A stretch of DNA of 42,405 nucleotides from a virus. The number at the start of each line of letters is the position of its first letter. Positions within the stretch are counted from its first letter, which is position 1. The notes beneath the pieces are model-generated. The model was not told the DNA's origin. It saw nothing but the letters and a program-made list of their open reading frames with translations, and made no database searches. Where the stretch lies: IMG/VR virus record IMGVR_UViG_3300020005_000001; one strand, given 5' to 3'. A program made the position numbers and the translations under genes. This document shows positions 9,222-17,447 of the stretch, one piece after another.

Positions 9222-9533
9222 CTAGTACCACTTCGACACGTTCTTGTTGACGTCGGTGCCCGGCGCAGAGCAGTGCTCGTCCCGAATGCGCAACCCGAGC
9301 TCCTTTACTCTACGCCGATGTTCTGACTTTGAATAGAACGTTTCCGGTTCACGTGTCATGTTCTCGACCACAAAGCCGCCCGGCACGCCATCCGCGATCA
9401 CGTTCGGGAACGAGGACATCCACACGATCTCCGTCGCCGCGCCGCACGTCGAGCACTGCGGCCGAGTCCCGTAGGGCACGATCATGTCGGCCATCACGTG
9501 ACTGGATGGACAGGTGAAATCGTACTTAGGCAT
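9222..9533 (-). CDS. Zinc-ribbon protein (FmdB-like N-terminus MPKYDFTC...CSTCG).
   Basis: 103-aa ORF. The MPxYxFxC start and a CxxC pair resemble CxxC_CxxC_SSSS-type regulators. Confidence 0.5.
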   Translation of the reverse strand: MPKYDFTCPSSHVMADMIVPYGTRPQCSTCGAATEIVWMSSFPNVIADGVPGGFVVENMTREPETFYSKSEHRRRVKELGLRIRDEHCSAPGTDVNKNVSKWY

Positions 9534-11644
9534 CAGACGCGTCCAATTCCGGGGGTCCCGCCCGTGAGGTCGGCCTGATGTTTATCGATCGGTGCCACGC
9601 GATCCGCCGCCCCGCCGTGCGCCGTGTCTCCAGCCGTCAGACCGTTCGACGCCGCCTTCGCCGCCTCTGCGGCTTGTTTCTGCTCAGCCTGAATCTGTGA
9701 CCAGAGTTGCCCGAACACACTCATGGCCTGCATCATCTCGTCCGGAATCGTGATCCCGATGGCGGCCGCAATAGCCTGCGCGGCCGGCGCCTGCGGGCCG
9801 ACGAAATCAGCCGGTGAAATCGTGACGGACCCCTTCGCGGGCGGCGGCCCCTGCTTGTCTGGCTGCTTCATGATGCGCGCGGGGTCCACGCCGAGTTGGA
9901 GCGCCACCGGCTTGACCATTTCCTCGCGCCGGACATACGGATCGTTCGCGAGCAGGTTATAGGCTTTCAGCGCGCGATCCAGCAACTGCGTGGCGTCGAG
10001 CCGAATGTGCGAGTCCGGCCGGGCCTTGAACGCGTACGGGCCAGGAATCTGCAACTTCGTCCACTGCTCCATACGCGCCGCGCCCGATTCCCCTTCCAGA
10101 CGCACCCAGTCCGGCTTATCCGCGTACACCTGCAACAATCCGAAGAGCTTCATCGCGCCCTTGACGCAGTAGGTGGCCACCCGGAACCGTTCGGCTTCCA
10201 GGCGGGTATCAACCGCGCTCTGCACCTGATTCGACTTCGTCGCCGTCTCCGGAGAATCCGATCGCAACACGCCCGCATTCGCCCCGAGCGCCATCGCCCG
10301 ATCGATGTCCTGCATGCCCTGGTCGTTGAACGCGAAGTTCTCGCGGCCGAACGTGCCCTTGGGGATTTCTCGGAACGTCGAGTCGTCCACGGGACGATTA
10401 AAGCCGATAAAGCCGGTATTCTCGTTCTTCTGAATCGCCGCGAGTGAATCCGGCGTGACGGCCGTGGCGTCGTAGCCCACTTGCGGCAGGGATCGATCGC
10501 GCCGACGCAGCAGTTGCGTCCGGCCCTTACTCACTTCATCAATCGTCTGCCGGATGTTCTGGATGTCCGACGCCGGGAAGCACGTATCGGACGTATAGCG
10601 CAGTGTGAGGACGTGCAGCGGGTAGCCGGCCATCCCGATCAGCGAGCCATCCGCCGCCCATCGTTGGTCCCGGCTGTCCTCGTGGACGCTCGGCGCATCG
10701 TCGTCGTCGTACAACTTGAACGTGCGGACCAATTCCGGGTTCTTGCACGTCGGATCGAAGCGGCACGCCCGGTAAAAGGCTTCAGTGCCCCATCGCACTG
10801 GCGGTTTCGTCCGACTCGTCTGTACCGGGTCAATCAACAGTAAGTCGTCATCGTTCTGGCCGCCGCCACGTCGTGACCGCCGCCCGCCCTTGGGATCGTC
10901 CGCCGGCACGTCTTCCTTGAACCGATGCGCGACCCAATCGGCATCATCAAAGTCGGAGCCCGTAAAGTCGGCCGGCGCTCGAAAGTAGCCAGGAGGGACC
11001 CGCTTCCAGTAGTACTGTTCGCTGACGACGTTCGGCGCGTCCTGCATGATGGGACGCATCGGTGTGGGACCAAGGCCGAGGATAGACCCTGGTTGTCCGC
11101 CTGGTACGGGTTCTTCGCCGACATTCACCGGCTTCGTACCATCAACATAGACTTCAATGCCGATCTTGCAGACCATGAAGCCCACGCCGCACACGACGTC
11201 CGTCATGCCCTCAAAGATGGCCGTGATCGCATCGACGCCGACCGGCTTGGGACCGAGTTTCGCGTTGATGATGCTCTTGGCGATCGGGACCGTGTTTTCC
11301 AATTCGGGCCGCGTGGCTTCCAAATTGATTTCCGGCATCTGCGAAATGAGCTGCGCCTTTTTCTGTTCGGTGTAGCTGAAATCCAGCGGCACCACCACTT
11401 CCGCTTCCAGCGGGGCTTTAAGCAGATGCTTCACGCGGTAGCGTGCGGTGTTGGTCTTACCTTCCGTGATGATCGCGGCGATCGGATCACGGGCGGCTTC
11501 CAGGCGCATGCGCCAGTCGCTCACGTCGTCGTCGGTGAGTGCCGGCGCGGTGTTCTGGTACGGCAACGGCGGCGGGGGCGCGGGTGGCTGTGGCGGCGGC
11601 GCCCCTGGAGCCATGCCGGGCTGAGGCTGGGCGGGAGGCATCAT
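9533..11644 (-). CDS. Portal protein (putative), with a Pro-rich N-terminus.
   Basis: 703-aa ORF one small gene downstream of the terminase. Call rests on size and position. Confidence 0.6.
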   Translation of the reverse strand: MMPPAQPQPGMAPGAPPPQPPAPPPPLPYQNTAPALTDDDVSDWRMRLEAARDPIAAIITEGKTNTARYRVKHLLKAPLEAEVVVPLDFSYTEQKKAQLISQMPEINLEATRPELENTVPIAKSIINAKLGPKPVGVDAITAIFEGMTDVVCGVGFMVCKIGIEVYVDGTKPVNVGEEPVPGGQPGSILGLGPTPMRPIMQDAPNVVSEQYYWKRVPPGYFRAPADFTGSDFDDADWVAHRFKEDVPADDPKGGRRSRRGGGQNDDDLLLIDPVQTSRTKPPVRWGTEAFYRACRFDPTCKNPELVRTFKLYDDDDAPSVHEDSRDQRWAADGSLIGMAGYPLHVLTLRYTSDTCFPASDIQNIRQTIDEVSKGRTQLLRRRDRSLPQVGYDATAVTPDSLAAIQKNENTGFIGFNRPVDDSTFREIPKGTFGRENFAFNDQGMQDIDRAMALGANAGVLRSDSPETATKSNQVQSAVDTRLEAERFRVATYCVKGAMKLFGLLQVYADKPDWVRLEGESGAARMEQWTKLQIPGPYAFKARPDSHIRLDATQLLDRALKAYNLLANDPYVRREEMVKPVALQLGVDPARIMKQPDKQGPPPAKGSVTISPADFVGPQAPAAQAIAAAIGITIPDEMMQAMSVFGQLWSQIQAEQKQAAEAAKAASNGLTAGDTAHGGAADRVAPIDKHQADLTGGTPGIGRV

Positions 11645-11898
11645 GCGATTTCCTTGGGCATGATGTAAATCGAATCAGGCGGCGCGTCGGCGCGCGGATA
11701 CACTCGCGCGGACTTGAACAGTAAATGCCGTTCCTGTGGCTCGGCGTCCGTTGGCGGGTTGCCTTCTCGCACGAGACACGGCAATTCGGATTCAAACTGC
11801 TGAAACAGCGGCGGGCTCATGTAAATCACCGTCGGCGTGCCACCAGACGTGACGTATTCACGCCACAGCGCCGCGAGACGTTCACGGATACTCATCAT
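11641..11898 (-). CDS. Hypothetical protein (85 aa).
   Basis: ORF 11641..12009 trimmed to ATG 11898, which forms an ATGA overlap with the terminase nuclease stop. Confidence 0.5.
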   Translation of the reverse strand: MMSIRERLAALWREYVTSGGTPTVIYMSPPLFQQFESELPCLVREGNPPTDAEPQERHLLFKSARVYPRADAPPDSIYIMPKEIA

Positions 11899-12587
11899 GC
11901 CGCGCCTCGCACGTTCCCCGCGCCCAGGACCGGCTGACGGCCGAGACTCCCGCGTAGTTCTTCGAGGAGATGCCCGGCCGTGCCCTTGGGCGCACGCGTG
12001 GCCTGCCATGTGACGGTCGGACTCGGACGGCTCATCGCCATGTACCGGAGCGCGTCCAGGCCGTGATCGTCGCCGCGCGTGTTCACATCGTCGGCGTTCA
12101 GCTTGTCACTTTGCGCTGAGGGAATTGTGCGCCGCAGATACGCGCAGGTTTCGTCAATCGTGAGTAGCGGATCGCCGGTCACGTCGCCGTCGTCATTGCG
12201 CGGCACCCGGAACAACGAATGGAGCCGTGACCAACCATCTTCGCGCGCGTTCTCCGCTTTCCGCAGCGGCATCCCGGCGCGGATGAGCGTCTCGGCGCGC
12301 GACTGACCGCGCTTCGCATTGCGCCCGTCTCGAATCCACATCGACGGGTCGCCCGCGACGTACCGCACATAAACCTTGAGGGCCTTCGTGCGCGTGACGT
12401 AGCCCGCGGCAATTTCTTCATCTGCGAGGTCGGAAAACTTCCACTCACGCAGCACATGCAGCCGATGGTTCGGCAGACACGCGGCCCAGACGATGCAGCC
12501 CGGTTCGTTGTGACCCCAATCCATCCCCGCCACGTACTCCAGCTCGCGCGGGAGTTCCAAGTCGGTCGCGATGAGGATGGCCTTCAT
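11895..12587 (-). CDS. terL: Terminase large subunit, nuclease (RNase H-like) domain as a separate ORF.
   Basis: Motifs YVAGMDWGHN and GDDHGLDALRYM. ATG 12587 overlaps the ATPase ORF stop (ATGA). Confidence 0.75.
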   Translation of the reverse strand: MKAILIATDLELPRELEYVAGMDWGHNEPGCIVWAACLPNHRLHVLREWKFSDLADEEIAAGYVTRTKALKVYVRYVAGDPSMWIRDGRNAKRGQSRAETLIRAGMPLRKAENAREDGWSRLHSLFRVPRNDDGDVTGDPLLTIDETCAYLRRTIPSAQSDKLNADDVNTRGDDHGLDALRYMAMSRPSPTVTWQATRAPKGTAGHLLEELRGSLGRQPVLGAGNVRGAA

Positions 12588-13630
12588 GCCGCGATCACCG
12601 CGCGGCGAACGTGGAACTGTTCCGCCCAGCCTTTGAAGAACTGCCCGCCGAAACAGTACCAGTCGCCTTCCGCGAGTTGCTTGTACCGCGTGGCCGAGAG
12701 GACCGCGAGATTGGTCTGCGCGTAGTCGGCGCGCATATAGGGGTTGTCCTTGAGACTCGCCGCGATGTAGCGCCACTGGTCCGGTCGATAGCCACTCACC
12801 TGGAGGCCATCTTCCCCGTAGACCGGACGCAGGGCCGGGAACGTGTCGTAATCCGGGGTGTGGTCGATGAAGTTGTCCTTCAGCCACATCGCGGATGGGC
12901 CGCCAGGATTCGTCGTCGGCAGAAACACGCCTTTGACCGGATTTCCCGCCCGGTCGGTGTAATCCTTGCGGGCGCGCGTCGAGAGTTCCGCCAGCACCGT
13001 GACGCCTTCGCTATCGACGGGATAGAGACTCGCCTCATCCGGCCCAATCAGCCCGTATTCAATCCCGACGTAGCGCGACACCGCATCCATTTCCGCCATG
13101 TGGCCGCAGTAGATCAGCGATTGGTCGGAGCCCTTGCCAAAGACCGCGAGGCGGTCGCCCTCGAGCCACCGGCCGCCGAGTTGGGGCACTTCCACGGCCA
13201 TCTTGATCGTGTGATTGGCCTTGAGCTGGTCCCAATTCTCGCGCAGCAGCAGCGCCTCATGGCCGGGGACGTTGAGCGAGCGGTGATACGCCAGCCAGCG
13301 CAGGCCGGTACTCTTCCCTGGACCCGCCCGTCCGCCCCAGAGCAGATAGCCGCCCTCGTTCGCGGCTTCGTAGAGCGGGACCTGTGAGGGCAGCGGGACG
13401 TGCCAGCAGTAGGTGCCGAGTTTCTTGACGCCGATCGCCGTCGCTTGCGCCTTCGTGTGGACGATCGTAAACAGCGCCGCGGCGGTCTGCCGGGGATAGC
13501 ACGCGGGGCACAGCCAACAGCGAAGCTGTTCAACCGTCGCAATGACGAGTGACCGCTGACACCACGCACAGGTGGCCACGGCGTGCGGCGTCCCCGGTGG
13601 ATCCGTGTCGAGATGGGCGGTAGGCACCAT
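12584..13630 (-). CDS. terL: Terminase large subunit, ATPase domain ORF, with an N-terminal Cys4 extension.
   Basis: Walker A GGRAGPGKST and Walker B LIGPDEAS. The N-terminal ~65 aa carry CAWC...CPAC. Confidence 0.8.
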   Translation of the reverse strand: MVPTAHLDTDPPGTPHAVATCAWCQRSLVIATVEQLRCWLCPACYPRQTAAALFTIVHTKAQATAIGVKKLGTYCWHVPLPSQVPLYEAANEGGYLLWGGRAGPGKSTGLRWLAYHRSLNVPGHEALLLRENWDQLKANHTIKMAVEVPQLGGRWLEGDRLAVFGKGSDQSLIYCGHMAEMDAVSRYVGIEYGLIGPDEASLYPVDSEGVTVLAELSTRARKDYTDRAGNPVKGVFLPTTNPGGPSAMWLKDNFIDHTPDYDTFPALRPVYGEDGLQVSGYRPDQWRYIAASLKDNPYMRADYAQTNLAVLSATRYKQLAEGDWYCFGGQFFKGWAEQFHVRRAVIAA

Positions 13631-13813
13631 CTAGTGCTGAATCTCCCCGATCCGCGTGCCCGTGAGAAACCGATCCGGGGTCATCGGCATGCCGTGCTTC
13701 AAGTCCTGATGGATCTGCATGCCCGCGATGGCGTTGGTCGCGGCCTGATCCGGATCACGATCAACCCCAATACTCTGATAGCCGCAGTCGGGACAAATCA
13801 CCAGCGCCTTCAT
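13631..13813 (-). CDS. Small zinc-ribbon protein (60 aa) immediately upstream of terL.
   Basis: MKALVICPDCGY...; ATG 13813 overlaps the upstream stop (TAATG). It is the C-terminal part of the spurious 283-aa ORF 13631..14482. Confidence 0.5.
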   Translation of the reverse strand: MKALVICPDCGYQSIGVDRDPDQAATNAIAGMQIHQDLKHGMPMTPDRFLTGTRIGEIQH

Positions 13814-14790
13814 TAGTCGATCACCGTCGTGGTGACCCAAATGAAAATCGAGCCCTGCGACAGATTCGTCACGGTGCCGTTCCCGATGTTGCCGGTGCCA
13901 CTCGTCAGCCGCAGGACGAGCGCCTGTGTGCCGCTCGAGAACGTCCCGCCCTGAATCGCCGCGGCGCGGGTCATGAGCGTCCCCAGTTCGGCGTCGGCAT
14001 CGCCAAAGAAGCCCGCGGCGGCATCGGCATCGAACGACGCCAGATACTCCGCGCCGCCCGCGCCTTTGCCAACGATGAACGAGAGCGTCGAGGTGGTACA
14101 CGTCGCGGCACACGCAAACGTGGTCACCAGTTGTGCCGTCACGTTCGTGGTCCACACATTGGCCGCCGGCAGCGTGCCGATCGTGAGATCGCACGTCACC
14201 GCGGCACAGACAAACGCCGTGGGGCCGACATTGACTTTGTAGACCTGGGTCCGGATCGTGCCCGGGCTGGTAATCGTCAGGCCCGTCGCGCTGCCCGCCG
14301 TGATTTGCGCTGCGGAGGACACCACGGCGGGCGCCGTCACCAGCCCCGCCTTGGACACCGAGAACAGGTTCGTCGTCCCCGCCGCCCCGCCGAAGATCTG
14401 GAGCGCCATCGACGTCGCCGCACTGGCCGTATCCGTGATCACCGCTTTCCAGTGCGTGAAGGCCACCGCGCCGTTGTTCCACGTCACCGTGGAGGTCAGC
14501 GCCTGCGCATCCGTCGTCCGGGTCCCCTGCGCAATCGAGACCGACGTCGGCGTGAGCGTCCCGCCCCCGACCGTCACCAGGAGCTGCCCGCTGCTATCGG
14601 TCCGCCCCCGCAACTGCCCCATCGGCGTCAACGGTCCCTGCGTCCCCGAATACGCGCCCGCCGACGTCATCAACGCGCCGTTACTGTCGGTACGCCCCGC
14701 CAGATTGAACAAGGGGGTCAGCGGCCCCTGCGCCACCAGCGCGCCCGCTACGAGGAAGGCGAAGAGAGCCGCGAGGACCAGCTTGCGCAT
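13813..14790 (-). CDS. Signal-peptide (exported) Gly/Ala/Thr-rich protein with a tandem ~30-aa N-terminal repeat.
   Basis: MRKLVLAALFAFLVAGALVAQ followed by GPLTPLFNLAGRTDSNGALM / GPLTPMGQLRGRTDSSGQLL. 325-aa ORF. Confidence 0.65.
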   Translation of the reverse strand: MRKLVLAALFAFLVAGALVAQGPLTPLFNLAGRTDSNGALMTSAGAYSGTQGPLTPMGQLRGRTDSSGQLLVTVGGGTLTPTSVSIAQGTRTTDAQALTSTVTWNNGAVAFTHWKAVITDTASAATSMALQIFGGAAGTTNLFSVSKAGLVTAPAVVSSAAQITAGSATGLTITSPGTIRTQVYKVNVGPTAFVCAAVTCDLTIGTLPAANVWTTNVTAQLVTTFACAATCTTSTLSFIVGKGAGGAEYLASFDADAAAGFFGDADAELGTLMTRAAAIQGGTFSSGTQALVLRLTSGTGNIGNGTVTNLSQGSIFIWVTTTVID

Positions 14791-14845
14791 GCCGTCAGGG
14801 TGCGCCGAAACCGCTCAGATGTCAAGAATCTGACGCGAGGTGTCA

Positions 14846-14863
14846 ACGTTCCACGTGGAACGT
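14846..14863. promoter_or_regulatory. 18-bp perfect palindrome ACGTTCCACGTGGAACGT, candidate operator.
   Basis: Self-complementary when read directly. It lies between gene 14863..15066 and the signal-peptide gene. TTGACA hexamers lie on the minus strand at 14841-14846 and 14820-14825. Confidence 0.45.
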
Positions 14864-15066
14864 CAACCGTTCGACAGGTCGCGATTCCTCCAGAACGTAA
14901 ACGAGCATGGTGTGGACCACCCAGTCGGTTCACCCGTCCAGCGGTCCCACCGAATCGCCACAGTGCCATCCGCGTCCGGCGGCGTGTAGTCGTGCAGCAG
15001 CAACGTCCGGTCGGTGAACCACTGGTAGCGGAGAATCCCTAGCTCCACCATCGCGAGCGGATTCAT
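14863..15066 (-). CDS. Hypothetical protein (67 aa).
   Basis: ORF 14863..15216 trimmed to ATG 15066 to avoid overlapping 15099..15317. Confidence 0.45.
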   Translation of the reverse strand: MNPLAMVELGILRYQWFTDRTLLLHDYTPPDADGTVAIRWDRWTGEPTGWSTPCSFTFWRNRDLSNG

Positions 15067-15098
15067 GAGATGCCGACCGTCTCGTACGCGGTCCTCGC

Positions 15099-15317
15099 TC
15101 ACTGCGCCCCCAACCACTCCTGATACGCCCGCCACGCTACCGATTCCAGTTCGGTGGCCGAGGCCGTCCGCGGTAAACGCCTGACAGCTTGCGCTAAATA
15201 CTGACGCAACGGCCACGATACCTGCGGCTCAACGTCGACTAACTGCCGCATAATCCGCCGCGCGAACTCGTTTGGCGTCTCTTCGTCCCACTGGACGCCG
15301 CGATTCGCTAGCGTCAT
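15099..15317 (-). CDS. Hypothetical protein (72 aa).
   Basis: ORF track; ATGA-coupled to the RHH gene. Confidence 0.55.
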   Translation of the reverse strand: MTLANRGVQWDEETPNEFARRIMRQLVDVEPQVSWPLRQYLAQAVRRLPRTASATELESVAWRAYQEWLGAQ

Positions 15318-15634
15318 TGTGTTTCCTCTTCCGGATGGTCCCGCAGATACGCCTGCCGCTCCGCGATCCGCTGCGCCTGCTCGCGAGGTGTCTCTGGGCG
15401 ATTCGCGGCGCCGTGGACCGCTGCTACCAGCCGCTCAAGCCCTTCCCTCACCGTGGTTACCCGTGGCTCCAACGGCTGACTCAGCTCCAGCATCGTCGCC
15501 ACCGGCCCTCCCAAGTAGAGCTTCAGCGCATTCTCCACCAGCAACGCCACCGTCCGCTGCTCCTCGATAGCCCGCAACCGGACCCGCTGCCAGACCTCTT
15601 CCTCAATCCCAACGAGCACCTTTTTCACCGCCAT
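15314..15634 (-). CDS. Ribbon-helix-helix (CopG/Arc-like) DNA-binding protein, first gene after the 337-bp regulatory gap.
   Basis: MAVKKVLVGIEEEVWQRVRLRAIEEQRTVALLVENALKLYL is a classic RHH pattern. Start taken at ATG 15634. Confidence 0.65.
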   Translation of the reverse strand: MAVKKVLVGIEEEVWQRVRLRAIEEQRTVALLVENALKLYLGGPVATMLELSQPLEPRVTTVREGLERLVAAVHGAANRPETPREQAQRIAERQAYLRDHPEEETQ

Positions 15635-15971
15635 ACCCGCACAGTTTAACATGGTTACTAAATAGGGCTAACTTGTTTAACTCCGCCCAATCCGTTTCTG
15701 GGTTCTCCGCTGACCCTAGGGGGCCACCACCACCCCGTCGGGTCCCCTCTTCGGGATCGCGCGCCGAAAGGCAGGGGAGGGGTCTGGATGGGTGTGAGGG
15801 GTCGGCCTAGAGCTGCCCACGCGCCAGCCGGCGGCCCTACGCGGCGCTCTGCTGTGCGTACGCTGTGTGTTGACTAGCTAGTGGTGTGCCGTGCTAAGCT
15901 ACGTATGCGCTTGCACTTACAGGGAGTGTCTAGGGTAACGTAAGAACGCTTATCAGAACCAGCCCTTATCC

Positions 15972-16400
15972 TTAGCGATTCTTCTCACCTTCGCCTACGC
16001 TCGTGATTTGAGGGGGCGAAAGTCCCACGTTCACCTGCACCTGCGCCGCTCCACCGACAATTATTGTCAGCCCTCCCGCCTGCTCCGCCTGAAGCACGCT
16101 AACTCCTTGCAGGGCTTTAATTAGGTCGCTTGCTGTGCCCTTATGGCGGACCTTTTGAGCCATGCCAAGTGCCTGTCCGCGGAAATATGCTCCGGCTTCG
16201 ACGGTGGTGTCCTGGCATTGGCTGAGCCATCGGGAGATGGTGGCTTGGTCACAGTTAAGCCTGTGAGCGATTTGGACTTGTGTGAGGCCGTCGGCGTGAT
16301 AGCGGAGGGCAAAGGCTTTATCGGCGTCGGTGAGGCGTTTGACGGGCTTGGTATGCGTCTGAGCGGGGTGTTCTAGGGTGAGCTTGAGGGTCTCGCTCAT
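15972..16400 (-). CDS. HTH DNA-binding protein (resolvase/transposase-type or small-terminase-like HTH).
   Basis: LTDADKAFALRYHADGLTQVQIAHRLNCDQATISRWL. ORF trimmed to ATG 16400. Confidence 0.55.
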   Translation of the reverse strand: MSETLKLTLEHPAQTHTKPVKRLTDADKAFALRYHADGLTQVQIAHRLNCDQATISRWLSQCQDTTVEAGAYFRGQALGMAQKVRHKGTASDLIKALQGVSVLQAEQAGGLTIIVGGAAQVQVNVGLSPPQITSVGEGEKNR

Positions 16401-16527
16401 GAGGGAGAGGATAGCACGGACGAACGTTGGTGTGCGCGTTCGTGGTGTCTCTCTAGTATGGGGCTGGTCTACTACTAAGGACAGCGTAAAAAGTCTAACG
16501 TTTTGACGCGAATTGGGCACCCGGACG

Positions 16528-16932
16528 TCACTCGACACGTTGCCGTACCGCATCGACGGCCAGTGGTGGCGCGATAGGATGCCTAGTGAGCGGGAGGCCC
16601 GCTTCTACCTCTAAGGCTGCAAGGTGCCCCCTCAGCATCACAGCAGCCCACCCGCCACCACTGAAGTACCCACCTTGTTCGTCTCTCGCGTAGGCATCCT
16701 CGCCCCACTGGAGCCATTGGCGAATTGCTTTCACTACATCGGCCGTCTCTGGAGCCGGGGTCTCTCTGACTACTACGCGCAACGACCGTACCCGAGGCTC
16801 TGGAAACGTCATCCCGTGCGCGCCTGAGAAGTGCGACTTGCACTCATCAACCGTCAGCATCCAGAACGGCGGAGCATCGAACGGGCAGTGCCAGCACGGG
16901 ATAGGACGACAGTCAGCGCTGAGATACATCAC
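16528..16932 (-). CDS. Hypothetical protein (about 133 aa).
   Basis: ORF track. The first codon is GTG 16932, with ATG at 16929. Confidence 0.5.
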   Translation of the reverse strand: MMYLSADCRPIPCWHCPFDAPPFWMLTVDECKSHFSGAHGMTFPEPRVRSLRVVVRETPAPETADVVKAIRQWLQWGEDAYARDEQGGYFSGGGWAAVMLRGHLAALEVEAGLPLTRHPIAPPLAVDAVRQRVE

Positions 16933-17447
16933 TAGCCTTTCGTATCGGTCGGTGCGTGTTGCGGTGTTTGCCCCTCGTCAAGCTCCCCAGAACGCGCTAA
17001 CGCGTCGTCCAGTTGCTTCCTGAGCCCCGCGAGCTGTAAGGAGAGAGAGGTCACCGCAAGACGAAGAGACGAAAGATCTTGCGCGGATTCCGTTGCGCCC
17101 TGTTCCATCGGCGTTGCCCCCGCGTTCGCCCACGTGGCTGGTTCGATCAAAGGCCCGGCGACATCACAGGCCGCGTGCAGCTTGTAGATCGGACACTCGT
17201 CGGCGTGCAGCTTTGTGCCCTCATCGCCCAATGGATCACGGTAGCGGCAGACCGTGCAGATGAATACCTGACGGCGCTCGTTGAAGTCCACCGCGTTGCC
17301 GATGATCACCATCGCGGCGTTCACGAGGCCGCGCAGGGCGGCCTGCTGCGGCTTCGGTGGGAACACGATACCGGCGCCTTCGCAGCGGTCACAATACGCG
17401 GGCTTGACGTTGAGATGCGCGCACGATGGACACGGAGTACTTGTCAT
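16932..17447 (-). CDS. Cys-rich protein, member A of the mosaic repeat family.
   Basis: CPSC..CDRC..CTVC pattern, then NAGATPMEQGATESAQDLSS and a coiled coil. Confidence 0.6.
   Translation of the reverse strand: MTSTPCPSCAHLNVKPAYCDRCEGAGIVFPPKPQQAALRGLVNAAMVIIGNAVDFNERRQVFICTVCRYRDPLGDEGTKLHADECPIYKLHAACDVAGPLIEPATWANAGATPMEQGATESAQDLSSLRLAVTSLSLQLAGLRKQLDDALARSGELDEGQTPQHAPTDTKG
17081..17124. repeat. 44-bp dispersed repeat R1, copy A.
   Basis: gcgcggattccgttgcgccc...ggcgttgcccccgcg. Conserved ends are shared with copies at 17950, 19178 and 19857. Confidence 0.8.

Noticed and set aside
13631-14482. 283-aa minus-strand ORF overlapping the signal-peptide gene.
   Set aside because: Gly/Arg/Asp/His-rich off-frame product. 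Only its last 60 codons (13631..13813, zinc ribbon, TAATG-coupled) look like a real gene.
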